Shown here: positions 23,688 through 36,093 of the stretch, piece after piece
Layout of the letters: every line of letters begins with the position of its first letter
Numbering within the stretch: the first letter of the stretch is position 1
Assembly (NCBI GenBank): GCA_964016885.1
Contig: OZ024740.1
Coordinates: forward strand, 22,816,001-22,880,000
Source of the DNA: Eledone cirrhosa
Taxonomy: Eukaryota
Length of the DNA: 64,000 nucleotides
Direction of reading: 5' to 3'
Program-made: the position numbers and the translations under genes
The notes under the pieces: model-generated
Seen by the model: the letters and a program-made list of their open reading frames with translations, nothing else
What the model was told of the DNA's origin: nothing
The model's database searches: none

Positions 23688-23832
23688 GTGAAGGCACTTC
23701 GCTTAGTGGTTAGAGCATTGGGCTTGCAATCGAAAGGTTGTGAGTTCAATTCTCGGACCGGGTGATTTGTTGTTTCGTGAGCAAGACACTTTATTTCACA
23801 TTGCTCCAGTTTACTCAGCTGTAGAAATGAGA
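23688..23832 (+). mobile_element. tRNA-derived SINE, 5' part
   Basis: A-box-like GCTTAGTGGTTAG and B-box GAGTTCAATTC, followed by the SINE body GAGCAAGACACTTTATTTCACATTGCTCCAGTTTACTCAGCTG. Confidence 0.75.
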
Positions 23833-23989
23833 TGATAGGACTGGGGTCCCTATCATTAAATTACCCAAGACACCTCCAACGAGATATACCTTGGAGGAGG
23901 CCAGCTAAACCTACATAGGTGTGAGCTGTCACACACACTTTTGTAAGGTGCAATACTGCCAACACATCAGTTCCTTTCATCTTTATATT

Positions 23990-24500
23990 TTGAATATTTG
24001 TTTATATTTTATGAAGGGTGTGTAATTCAACCATTTCCTATATATCAGTTTCGTTGCAGACTCACACGTTAAAATTATACAATCTATGGCGATTTTCTCA
24101 TGTGAAGACCTTGAAAAGCAGGTAATTCTCAAATATGTATTATTATCTCGATATCTTTGTCATTGATGCTGCTGTGTTTATTTCCAAATTCCAATACGTT
24201 GGTGAGAATTGGTTTGAAAATTGACGATTAGAAGTCTACGACGCTGAATTCAGAGGGCTTGTCTTTCGTTATGTTATTGATGTTATTGAGCTATTCAGCT
24301 ATAGATTGCTGTTGTATTGATGTGGCTTCATCGCATTTCTCAATTCCTTTTTGATGTTGCATAGAATGTGATTATTGACTACGTCAGGTTTACCCGTAGC
24401 AGGATTTATCAGCTTATATATTTGAGGTTCACTGTTAAATTTTCTTTGAGGTTTATCAGGGTGAGGTATAGTTCCCGTTTGAATGGACATTTAATCCTGA
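23990..24500 (-). pseudogene. Degenerate Penelope-like element RT fragment
   Basis: Translation '..RKFNSEPQIYKLINPATGKPDVVNNHILCNIKKELRNAMKPHQYNS..EFSVVDF*SSI' resembles, from memory, PLE RT motifs (RLINPAK..ILD.IN..; FDIVDFYPSI). Confidence 0.55.
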
Positions 24501-24703
24501 AATCTAATAAATATATTTCTTCTGTCTGCTTCATATTAGACACAAATCCTCCCCCTCTCCATAATAACAACTACCACAAAATTAATAAAAATGAGGGACA
24601 ATAATGACACCAAGATCCCTCCAACTATCACCATATATCTATCTTGCTATCTGTTTATTTATTTACATATTCATATGCCTATCTGTCCGCATGTCAATCT
24701 ATG

Positions 24704-25054
24704 TACTCCCGGGTCCCAAATAAAAAGGGGTGCGTGTGGGGGGATAATCGGGGAAACGGTTGGATAAACGGAGGGAGAACCGGTAATTGTATTGTGTGCG
24801 TTTGTAAATATGGGATTTCTGGTAACGTTCTCTTTTTGTCATATATAATGTTTTATTTATGTAAAATAAAATAATTATTATATTCTCCAACTGCTGTATC
24901 AATATGAATCACAATACAATTTCGCAAGAGATAGATAAGGAAAAATTAATAAGCGGGGAGTTGGAATGGAAAGGGGCGTGGGGGGGGGGGGGGGGGGGGG
25001 GGGTCAGAAAAATTAATAAACGGGAGAGGGGCGATTATTCAAGACATGAGAGTA
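24704..25054. mobile_element. MITE, Tc1/mariner-like
   Basis: Imperfect TIRs TACTCCCGGGTCCCAAATAA and TTATTCAAGACATGAGAGTA (14/20 match) with TA at both ends. Internal repeated AAAATTAATAA(G/A)CGGG. Confidence 0.5.
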
Positions 25055-25337
25055 TATATACATGTTAATAAAATAAAAAATAAAATGTGTCAAGGACAGA
25101 GTTATATCAGGCCGGATCTTATACCAGATTTGTTGGTGTTAAGGAGTTTGAGGGCAGCAGTCTGTCGTAGATGTAAGCCCCAGCTAAAGCTGGTATTCAA
25201 TTTGTTCAGCTGGGTGGGCTAAAGCCATGCAAAAGACAGCAGGCCCAATCACGCCACGCACTTCCTGGTCCGAAAATTGGACTCATAACTTTAAGATTAT
25301 CAGCCCAACACACTAATAACTAGGTAGTGTGTCTTCA

Positions 25338-25570
25338 CATGTATGTATGTATGTATGTATGTATGTATGTATGTATGTATGTATGTATGTATGTATGTAT
25401 GTATGTATGTATGTATGTATGTATGTATGTATGTATGTATGTACGTATGCATGTGTGTATATATGTATGTACGTATGTAAGTATGTATGTGTGTATATAT
25501 GTATGTACGTATATAAGTATGTATGTGTGTATATATGTATGTACGTATGTATGTGTGTATATATGTATGT
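25338..25570. repeat. (TATG)n microsatellite with degenerate 32-bp higher-order units
   Basis: Direct observation. Confidence 0.9.
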
Positions 25571-25793
25571 TCTTCTGGTTTTATAATTTCACAAAGTTTT
25601 ACCAATAGAGAGAGAGTCGGTTTCTAACCTAGACACAAGATTCTTTCATTGGAATTTACACAACATCAACTAGGTAGGTATGTATGCATGCATGTGTAGA
25701 TATGGATGTTATTGTATGTGTGGATGTGGATGTTTTGAGTTGTATGTGTGCATGTGTATATGCTTTGCATCTGTACATGTGTATATGCAGTTA

Positions 25794-26398
25794 TTAGATG
25801 CAAAATCTTTGGAATGTTTTACATATTTTTACTGTTCCATTAATGGATTGTACTTGTAATATCCTAACTAGTTGTGTTCTTTCTGTTCCTGTGAAGCCTA
25901 GCTTCTTAAGATTTGCATTGAGGCAGTTACTAACATACCCCAGTGCCCCAATAATCACAGGCATAAATCTAAAGGTGTAATCAGGGTGGAGTATCTGCAG
26001 ATTTCCCATTAGTTCTGCATAGATATTCTCCTTCTCGTTAATCTTTGATATATTGGCATCTGCTGGGCAGCTAATTTCTACTAGTGTGCATGCCTTCTTT
26101 TCCCTGTCCCATATAATTATGTCTGGTCTGTTATGCCTGCATTTTATTGGGGGTTTTACTGGAATATTCCACAAGTACTCTTTCATATTATGTATATGTA
26201 TGTCTTCCACATTTCTACGGACTGCATTGTACAGTGTTTTGGCCACTACATCATGCCTCACAGGTAGATAGTACCCGGATGACATCTTTGGACAGCTGCT
26301 GATGACATGGGTGATATCCTCGATATTAATTCTGAAGAGTCTGCATTTGTTGTCACATCTAGGTGTTTCGCCTGCATCCCTATCTCTTTTGTGTATCA
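25794..26398 (-). pseudogene. 3' fragment of a second R4/Dong family (zinc finger and RLE)
   Basis: CRL..EDITHVISSC, RHD, HNRPDIIIWD, LVEISCP, KENIYAEL, PVIIGALG. 5'-truncated and flanked by TATG-type repeats. Confidence 0.8.
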
Positions 26399-26559
26399 GG
26401 TATGTATGCATGTTTGTATGAATGTATGTATGCATGTATGCATGTATGCATGTATGCATGTATGTATGCATGTATGTAGGTATGTATGCATGTGTGTGTA
26501 TGTATGTATGGCCTACGAAATACGCACGTGCATTTCCTTTCTCCTCCCTTTTTTTCGCG

Positions 26560-26750
26560 TTTCCCCCGTTTTCCTCTTATCACTCGTTAATTTCTAGTTA
26601 TCTTCTATTTCGAACTCTATCTTCTGATGAAGTACTCGTGTCCAAAACGTTAAGTCTCCCTTTCTGCTATTTTAAGCGTTAAACTAATATATTTCTTCCA
26701 TGTACTGTGCCGTTTGTCTTGTTATTATTGTTATTTATGTTTACCTTTTA
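26560..26750 (+). mobile_element. Penelope-like pLTR relic with degenerate hammerhead core
   Basis: CTTCTGATGAA...CCAAAACGTTA...AAGCGTTAAACTAAT, homologous to 27895-28060. Confidence 0.55.
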
Positions 26751-26787
26751 CTTACGTACGTATGTATGTATGTACGTACGTATGTAG

Positions 26788-26995
26788 GTGAAGGACCCTA
26801 GCCTTTGTCAGGGCATTCTTCTAGAAGAAGGCACTCAGGAAACTGGGATAACTCCGATATAAAACCTGCGGCTCAGTAGTTACCGATGATGTTGATCTTT
26901 TCTTCTTTTCGGGTTATAGCTACTGTCGCTCAGAGAGAGGGATTGGCTCAGTGCACAGTCTTTCCTCACTTTAAAAAAATATTTTCATGCACATA
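26788..26995 (+). mobile_element. RTE-type 5'UTR-derived repeat fragment
   Basis: Homologous to 27340-27525 (TAGCCTTTGTCA..GGCA..CTAG..GAAGG..ACTC.GATATAA.ACCTGC). Confidence 0.6.
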
Positions 26996-27140
26996 GAATT
27001 AATTATTAATTATTAATAATGCTATATCGTGCAATGGCCATACTCGATAACGAGTGGAAGCCATCATCATGTAAGTATGTATGTATGTATGTATGTATGT
27101 ATGTATGTATGTATGTATGTATGTATGTATGTATGTATGT

Positions 27141-27742
27141 CAGGTCACCAGTTGGTGCTAGTGGTAACATGTATCCCAGTACAACCTGTCTCATGGTCGG
27201 GTTGGCGACTAAACTAGCAACCCCACCAAGGTTTCTTGGTGAGGAGGGTGACTTTGGACATCCTGCAGGACTAAAAACAAAACCTGTCAAAGGGAAAAGG
27301 AGCTCTTAAGAGTCAATGGCCATCCAAAATCACTGGGAGAGATGACCCCTTAGCCTTTGTCAAGGCAGAATTCTAGGAGAAGGAAAACTCTGATATAACA
27401 CCTGCAACCCTGATGGTATCCAATGATGTTGACTTGTTCTTCTTTTTGGTAAATATCATCTTGGTTAAGAGAGTGGGACTGGCTTTGTGCAGTGCCTTTA
27501 CTCACTATAAAAGCTTCACGGCACAGGCATTGCTTTATATCTGGAGATCTCTCTGCACTTGCCGTCACATGGTACCATGGGCCCAGCACTGTGTCAATAA
27601 TTGTCACAAGTGTAGTGTTTGTACCAGAGTTTTCAAGTCGCTGGCTGGACTAAAAATTCACACTCGTTCAGCGCATCGGTAGGGGTTCTCCTACATGGAT
27701 ATAAAGTAGTGGCCGTACTCGAAAACGAGTTGGCAGCCACCA
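27141..27742 (+). mobile_element. Non-autonomous bipartite RTE-derived element within (TATG)n
   Basis: RTE-like 5'UTR motif CTAGGAGAAGGAAAACTCTG is joined to a C-terminal C2H2 finger remnant (CSVCTRVFKSLAGLKIHTRSAH*), then a short 3'UTR and a TATG tail. Confidence 0.6.
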
Positions 27743-27894
27743 TGTATGTATGTATCTATCTATATATCTATTATCTATCTACATGTGTGCTTATTTGCAT
27801 CTCTGTTCGCCGTTCAATCTGGAATTGGCTATCGAATCGGCAAGAGCTCGGCCGTCGGGCCCTAAGGCTGATTGAATACGCACATATGTTTTTT

Positions 27895-28060
27895 TTATCA
27901 TTTTCCCCGTCCTTTTACCTCTATTTATATCTTCTGATGAATAACTAATCTCCGAAACGTTATAACTTTATGACTCTTTTCCTGTTATTTCAAGCGTCAA
28001 ACTAATCTATTTCTTCAATGTACTGCGTTGTTTGCTTTGTTATTTCTGTTTACTTTTTAC
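27895..28060 (+). mobile_element. Penelope-like pLTR relic with hammerhead core
   Basis: CTGATGA...CGAAACGTTA motif at 27934-27962. Confidence 0.55.
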
Positions 28061-28389
28061 ACACACACACACACATATATATTTTACACACACGCCCGCG
28101 TGCGCACGCGTGTGTGTGTGTAATTGTATGTACGTATATTAGGTTATGTCACCCTTTCCTTGTCGCTCTCTCCTCTCTCCTACTGTTTTCTCTCTCTCTC
28201 TCTTTTTCTATACACCGCTCCCTGCATCTCTCCTCTTATCTATTACTACCTCTGTCTATCCCTCTCCATGTACATCTCCCCCCTTCTCCCACCTTACCCT
28301 CTCTATCTACCCCCTTCTATTTCTGTCTGTCTCTCTCACTCACAAATACTCCCTTTCTAAATCTCTCTAAAATTCTTTTGCTTTCTATG

Positions 28390-29402
28390 TTTACACACAC
28401 ACAGACACACACTCTCACTCTCACCCTTACCCTCACACGCACACATATACACACATATACACATATACAGAAACATATACACATACTTTCCCTCTCCCAA
28501 ACATACACATACACACATATGCACAAACATTCTCTATCTCCCACGTGCACATACACATACATATATGCACATACATGCACACACTTTCTCGCACACGCAC
28601 ATACATATATACACATACACACAAACACATGCTCACACGCACACACATATATACACACACTCTCACAATCACCCATATACACACACTCTCTCTCACATAT
28701 ACACACGTATATACACACACTCTCACACATACACACATATACACACACTCTCTCTCACACATACACATATATACACACTCTTTCACACATACACATATAT
28801 ACACACTCTCTCACATACACACATATACACACACTCTCTCACACATACACATATATACACACTCTCTCACACATACACATATATATACACACTCTCTCAC
28901 ACATACACATATATACACACTCTCTCACACATACTCATATATACACACTCTCTCACACATACACATATATACACACTCTCTCAAACATACACATATATAC
29001 ACACTCTCTCACACATACACCTATATACACACTCTCTCACACATACACACATATACACACACTCTCTCTCACATACACCTATATACACACTCTCTCACAC
29101 ATACACATATATACACACACTCTCACACATACACATATATACACACTCTCTCACACATACACCTATATACACACTCTCTCACACATACACACATATACAC
29201 ACACTCTCTCTCACATACACCTATATACACACTCTCTCACTCATACACATATATACACACACTCTCTCACACATACACATATATACACACTCTCTCACAT
29301 ATACACATATATACACACTATCTCTCACATACACATACACATATATACACACTATTTCTCACATACACACATATACACACTCTCTCACACATACTCATAT
29401 AC
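28390..29402. repeat. CA/CT/TA-derived minisatellite, ~28-30-bp unit (ACACACTCTCTCACACATACACATATAT)
   Basis: Direct observation. Confidence 0.9.
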
Positions 29403-29879
29403 CTAGACATACGCACACATTATCCCGCTCCCAACTTCACCCTCTCTACACCGCATCTAGTAACTATCTACCGCCATTTTGTTTTCTCTTCCTTTCTATC
29501 CGTCCGCCATTGCTAACCTCTATGTCTACTCTACCCCATACCATACAGTAATAAACACAACCTTACTACGTCTGCCTATTCAATACTAGTTTATTCTGGC
29601 TATACAACCATTAATCTTTATAAGGAAGACATATTGTAGAAATGCCTGCCAACTTTTCTTAACACACACACAAACACACACACATACACACACACATACA
29701 CACACACACACACACACATATATAGACACACACATGCATTCACTCTTATACAGGCACATTCACACACACATGTGTCTGTGTTTGTGTGTATGTATATATA
29801 CTGTATATGTATATACACACAGACATATGTAATATGTATGCAAGTATGTATGGATTGATTGAGGTATGTATGCATAATA

Positions 29880-30936
29880 GATCTTCTTCTTCGCCCACTT
29901 ATTCATGAAGGCGTCGTGGGGCAGAGTCCTCAAACACTCCCTCCAGTGGGTCCTGTCAGAAGCAACCTTCTCCAACTGATCCAGCTCGATCCCCAAGCGG
30001 CACCAACTAAGCTTGGACTGGTAGACCGTACCCACCTCAACATTATTGTGGAGGGTAGGCGTCCCTCCTGTTACCTCTGTGGCAATAGAGGTCACCTTAG
30101 AGCTGCCTGTCCCCAGCTCACACAGAAAAAAACACTGCTACCAACACCAACACCACCCCAACAACAACAACAAAAACAACCACAACAACAACAAAAACCA
30201 ACAACACCACCACCACCACCACCACAACAACAACAACAACAACAAACACGTGAAAAGACAACACAGAATACTGTCCCACCCAACCCCTCCCCACCCAAAA
30301 CAAATACAAAAACACACACACCGCAAACACTACCAGAAAACATACCCCTCCCACCCAACAAGGAAGACGAACCCCTTTCGTCGCAAGACGAAAAAGATCC
30401 CTTCCAAACAGTAAAAAGAAAAAGAGGAGGCGCACCACAGACACACTTGTTAACTTTAACCCTCCCCAAGAGAACACAAACTATATACAACCCCCCCCCC
30501 CCCCGCCACACAACACTAACTGCTACACAAAAAAAGACTTTACAATATACATACATGAACACAGACAACAAAGAACTACTGAAAACAATTTCATCAAACC
30601 CTTCGGTCCAAACTGAAGGGCCTAACTTTATAACTGCTGTGGGACTACCTCATTTAAAAATGATTAAAGTCCCAATGAATCTTTATAAAACACTGAAAAT
30701 AAATTTCACGGAGGACGTGCCCCCCCCCCCCCCCCCCCCCCGCGCCAAACCCCAAAACCGCGTCCTCCTAAAAAAATTCACCCCCCACCCCACCCAGAAA
30801 CCCACCCAACCACAAACGCCCCAACCCCACAACACACTGATGCCCCTTCACTTCCACAAACCACCACCCACCCAACAACCCATCCCCAACCAGCATGGAA
30901 ATTGAGCGGCCCGTTTCCCGGAACGCAGAGAGGTAA
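29880..30936 (+). pseudogene. Tx1 ORF1, C-terminal part with intact CCHC knuckle
   Basis: IVEGRRPSCYLCGNRGHLRAAC followed by a Q/P/T-rich linker. Probable slippage in C-runs. Confidence 0.8.
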
Positions 30937-30960
30937 GTGCCTTTTCTCCTTACCACCAAC

Positions 30961-33900
30961 ATGGCTGTGCTAAGAGTAGGGTGTCTAAATGCGCGTGGCC
31001 TGGGCTCGTCTTGGAAGCAAGCAATGCTTCTAAATGACCTCAGGTCACGATCTATAAATGTGATGGTTATCTGCGAGGCCCGGATCAGCAGCATGCGACA
31101 GCTAGCCCCCACTTTTGACGACTTTGAGATGCACGCATCTCTCTGTCAGCCCGGAGGTAGGGGTGGGGTTGTCGTTCTGCTGCAAAAACATCTGGGTCTT
31201 GCCACACAGATAGTTCACTTGGACCCAGGGGGTCGACTGGTGGTGCTGGACCTTGGCAGTGGTGAAGGTGGAGCCTTTAAGCTGGTAGCCGCATATGCCC
31301 CTTTTGGGACAGAGCGGCCCGACTTTTTCCAGCGTCTGGAGTCTTTTCTAGGGACGTCCCGTTCCCTGCTTTTAGTGGGGGACTGGAATGGTATCCTGGA
31401 TGCACGTTGGGACTATGCAGGGGCATGTCCCGATAGAGAGGGGTGCAACAGCCTCAAGGGGTTACTCGGCCGATTTGACCTGGCCGATAGATTTCGACTA
31501 GATTTTCCGACGGTGCCAACCTTGTCTTGGTCAAATCGCAGCGGATCATCTAGGTCGTACCTAGATAGGTTTTTAGTTAGAAATAAGGATAGGGACTTTT
31601 TAAGTTGTCCAGAAATGCTCATGGTTGGCTATTCAGACCACAAGTTGGTGACCTGCATGGTCAACCTTGATAGAACGCATAGACAGGGCCCCGGTTACTG
31701 GAAGCTCAACTTGTCCTTGCCGGCAAGTAGAGCTTACAGGGATCGGATTAGTACGTTAGTTAAGGAACGGTTGACTGGAGCGATCGTCAACAGCAGGTGG
31801 TGGGTATCTCTAAAGAGAGAGATTAGAGTAGTCTCGATAGAATTTAGTAAGGTTCTAGCTGCGGATAGGAATAGGAAGGAAAGGGAGCTAATAGATAGAG
31901 TAGAAGAGGCAATTAGAAGCGGCGACGTGGCCAGAGTGCTAGCGTCGAGAACGGCATTGAGCCAGTTTTTCGACGCGAAGCACGAAGGCTGCGTTGTCCG
32001 AAGTAAAATACGTGCTCTAGGGAACGAGGGGACCAAAGCTGTTAGCTGGGCCCGCGTGACAGAGGCCAAGAGTGGAACTAAATCCACCATCCGGTCTTTG
32101 CGAGACCAGGATGGACGGGCGATCCTTGAGTCTAGGCAGATGTGTGAGGCCTTTCAAAGGCACTTTGCCCGACTGTTAGGGAGGGGCGGGGAGCCGGTCG
32201 GGGATGTGGACTTCGGTCCATACCTCGACGGCCTGCCGCGTCTCTCGGACAGGGAGGCGAAGTCCTGCGAGGAGCCGATTTCGGCCGCTGCGATAGAGGA
32301 CGTGCTGAGCCAATGCGGCAAACGCAAATCCCCGGGTCTGGATGGTCTTCCATACGAACTATATCTAGCTATGCCGGACTTGTTCCCCGATCTCCTCGAG
32401 GCGGTCTACTGCAACTGGCAACAGAACGGGAGAATTCCCTGTACTGTGACCAAGGGCGTAGTCACGCTAGTGAGGAAGGACGAGAACAAGGGGGACGAAA
32501 TAAGTAACTTCAGGCCCATAACTCTGCTAAATACAGAGTTACAGATTTTGGCCAAGGTGCTAGCAAAGAGGTTGGCGCTTGTCGTGGGCAACCTGGTGGG
32601 AGATGCGCAGACATGTGCTATCTCGTCCAGGTCCATCCATGACAACCTCCACCTCATGCGATACATCATAGAGAGGGTTGGGAACGAACCCGGCTTTGGT
32701 GGGGATCTGATCAACTTGGATCAATCTAAGGCGTTCGATAGGGTCGACCATGGGTACCTGGATGCGGTGCTAGCGGCGGCATGCTTCGGACCCGTTTTCA
32801 GGGGCTGGATCACTGCTATGCACAGCAGCCGCATCTGCTCTAGGGTCAAGGTGAACGGCTACCTCTCGGAGCCGTTCAAAATCGCGCGGTCCATCCGACA
32901 AGGGTGCCCTCTCTCCTCCCTTCTGTATGTGTTGACTCTCGAGCCACTACTGCGGAAGTTGGAGTTGTTGCAGGGCATCCCTTTAGAACCGGGATTGCGG
33001 AAAGCGGTGTCGGCCTACGCCGATGACGTGACAGTAATGGTGTCGACGGCCTCCGAAATCGGGGCTATCGGCACCTTACTAGAGGAGTATGAAAAGTTCA
33101 CAGGGGCTAAGCTGAACCGGAACAAGTCGATCGGTTTGCAACTCGGCACGTGGAGGGGCAGACTGATGCCCTCTGATGGCGTCGTCGGACGCTGGACGGA
33201 GGGCCCGGTGAAGTTGCTCTGTGTCTGGTTCGGACCAGACCTCCAGGTGGAGAAGAACTGGGCGGAGGTTACGAACAGGGTGTTTGCACTGACCCAGAAG
33301 TGGGCCAGTTGCAAACTATCCCTGAAAGGTCGGGCGGAGGTGGCGAACACCTATATAGCGTCCGTCATCTACTACCGCCTCTCCGTAGTGCCTTGCCCAA
33401 GGGAAACCCCCGCCAAGATGGAGCGCGCGCTCTTCCAATTCCTTTGGAAGAGGCGGGCTCCCTTGGTGAGGAGAGCCATCTGCTGTCAACACCCTTCGAG
33501 CGGAGGGCTGGGGATGCCGTGGCTAATGATGCGTAAACACGCATTAAGGCTACGGCACCTCCACGTATTCCTCACCGGTCAACCGGTGTGGGCCTCGTTT
33601 GTGAGATTTACCTTTCCCAGACTCGTCGCACTCACCGAGCTGCAATCCTGGGTCAAGCAAAGACCGAGAAAACTGGGCGCCTGGCACACTGAGTGTGCCC
33701 AGGCGCTCACCGCCCTCTGGCAGGCGGATCCGGTTATCAGTGGAGACTCCACCGCAACATTCTATAGAGGGCTGGTACGCAGCAGGTGCGACGACGCCCT
33801 CGGAGAAGCCCTAGACATGGAAGAAGACGAACTGGCCAGCCTGTTCGGTAGGACATTCAGCCCGGGAGCTATGGACAACTTCCAGAAGTCCCTGGCCTGG

Positions 33901-34398
33901 CAGTGCTACCGGGGGGCTCTACCCGTTCGAGAAAAGCTCTACAGACACGGGCGCCCGGGTAGGGACCCCGCCAAAAAGATATGTCCCAGATGCGTGTGCG
34001 ACGAGGAAACCGTTGCACACGCATTGGTACACTGCTCGGGCGTAGCCGATCTGTGAGGCTATGTCGAACAACTGCTGTTAAGGGTGGGACCGATCCGGTT
34101 GACCACCGAGTCTATTGTAATGATCAAGCCGCCTCCCCCCTTCAAAGATGAAGGAGAGGCGGTGTTTCTGTGCGTAATAGCCATGGTGAAAGAAGTTGTA
34201 TGGTGGACGCGTCTGAAAGGACTGAGGTCAGGCACCTTTCTCTCTGGCCAACAACTGGTCCGTTTCTTCCGATATCATTTCGGAAGAAGGATCAGGATGA
34301 AGAGAGAGGTGCTGCACCCCAGCCGTTTTTATGAAAGGTGGGTGAAAGTGGCGAGAATGGCCCGTGTGAATGGGCCTTCTCTTTACATAAGCATGTAG
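30961..34398 (+). pseudogene. Tx1 ORF2 (APE-RT-zinc finger), intact except one in-frame TGA at 34054
   Basis: The 1039-aa ORF with all APE and RT motifs continues in the same frame as ORF 34084-34398. TGA replaces the Trp of 'ADLW' seen in copies A, B and C. Confidence 0.9.
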
Positions 34399-34718
34399 GT
34401 GGAAAAGAGGAAGGAACGATGGAGCAACCCCTCTCTGGGCTCCTGAGGAGAAGGGTTGCACACTTTTTTCGGGGGTGTGTGCGACCCCCCAAGGCGCCTC
34501 CTCTCTATTGAGGATTTTGTTATAAATTTTATTTTTTGTTATATTTTATTTTATTTTTATGTTTTGTTATTGCCTCCTCCTTATTGAGGACGCCTTGTTT
34601 TGTAAACTCCCCCCATTGTACTTGTCCCACTTTTGATGCCCTGGTGGCAAATAAAAGAAACATATCTATCTATTTATCTATTTATCTATCTATCTATCTA
34701 TCTATCTATCTCTCTATC

Positions 34719-36093
34719 GGACGTGCGGTAGATCGATGGTAAGCTTTTGTAAAATTTTCTATACAAAAACAGAATTTATTGAGTACAAATTTATATTGTT
34801 TGATAGATTAACACCCAGGCTGATTTGTCAGCGGGGTGGTTTCCTCAGTTTTCGCCCCACAGGGGCTGAAATTTAATTTAAAAATTTGTCAAGTTTAAAA
34901 AATGTTCCTAACTTTAACAATGTGTGACTTACAGCGAACGCTAGACAGCGAGAAGAGAAAGAAAAAGTCACACATTGTTAAAGTTAGGAACATTTTTAAA
35001 ACTTGTCAATTTTTTAAATTAAATTTCAGCCCCTGTGGGGCGAAAACTGAGGTAACCACCCAGCTGACAAATCAGCCTGGGTGTTAATCTATCAAACAAC
35101 AAAACTTCGTTTCGTAAAGAAATAGATATTTACACAACAAAAGATGAAAATAACAGCTCACAACAGACACCAAAAAACACAGAAAATGCAGAAATTGAAA
35201 CAATTGACACAACTACACACGAAAAAAACTAACAATAACAACAAAATTGAAAAAATAACAATCGCACAGACTGTGATAAATAAAACAGAGTACAAACACA
35301 TTGACATAAGCAACTCCAAACAAATGTTGACCGATGCAAAACAATTCATAACCTTTGAAGAAAAGGGTGGGTTTTACATAAACTTACCCTTGCAAATTAA
35401 ACGAGAAACAGTTCGAAGGACAGTAACCTTCAGAACTGTTTCAAATCAAACGAAAAAACCGGTATTCCTAAGTCAAGGGGAAATTGAAACCACCTTGAAA
35501 GAGGCCCTGCCGGACATTGATTTTATGCAGAGGGTCAGACTATATGGAAGTATTTCAGTACTTTTTACAAGCGAGGCCCTCGCACAAAAGCATTCTGTTA
35601 CAGCAGTCATCACAAAAACACACACCTTTTCCCTACTTACATGGGAAAAAGAAAACAAATAATTAAAATAAATAATATACCACCAAACATCAACATTTGG
35701 TGGATCTTAGCAGGTTTATAGAGCCAGAAAGTGATACAATTCTTTGGGACAAGAAGTCGACCAGACAAAGGTGGCCAGGAACAAATTTGGAAATTCTAAT
35801 ACAAATGACACCAGAAAGAATTTCCAAAATCCCCGAAAGAGTGCTGGTCGACAACTAAAACTACATCAAAATCGTAACTGAGGTCAGAAAGCCACACTGT
35901 TTGCGATGTCCAAGCACATAACACCTAAAAGCCTCCTGCCCTTTACAAACAAATCTTTTTAAAAAAGTACTGTTACCAAACCAATACCAAAACAACCACC
36001 ACCCCAACAACAACAACAACAACAACAGACGAAACGAGCAAACACACCAATACAAACAGCCACTCAACCAACAACAACATTAAAAAACACAGA
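34719..36093 (+). mobile_element. Tx1-clade LINE, copy E: 5'UTR and degenerate ORF1, truncated by the satellite
   Basis: ORF 35144-35662 (RRTVTFRT..YGSISVLF) aligns with copy A ORF1 (LCTVSYRT..YGTVDVFF). Downstream frame gives EVRKPHCLRCPST*HLKASC..KKVLLP. Confidence 0.75.
34796..35099. repeat. Inverted repeat, ~135-bp arms, ~34-bp loop
   Basis: TTGTTTGATAGATTAACACCCAGG...CAATGTGTGACTT pairs with AAGTCACACATTG...CCTGGGTGTTAATCTATCAAACAA. Confidence 0.9.

Larger units (their letters stand above)
29880..34718 (+). mobile_element. Tx1-clade LINE, copy D (5'-truncated, different subfamily)
   Basis: ORF1 3' half, ORF2, 3'UTR, AATAAA at about 34650 and an (ATCT)n tail at 34662-34718. Confidence 0.9.

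Noticed and set aside
23688-23765. tRNA gene
   Set aside because: A and B boxes are present but there is no proper acceptor stem, and the sequence continues into a SINE body.
27413-27682. Host C2H2 zinc-finger gene
   Set aside because: A single terminal finger with no TGEKP linker, embedded in a dispersed repeat. It fits a LINE C-terminal remnant better.
28018-29551. Long His/Thr/Tyr-rich ORFs in all three frames
   Set aside because: Translation of a CA/TA/CT minisatellite that lacks stop codons.
34054-34056. Programmed readthrough or selenocysteine TGA
   Set aside because: Paralogous copies have TGG (Trp) here, so a simple G>A nonsense change suffices.
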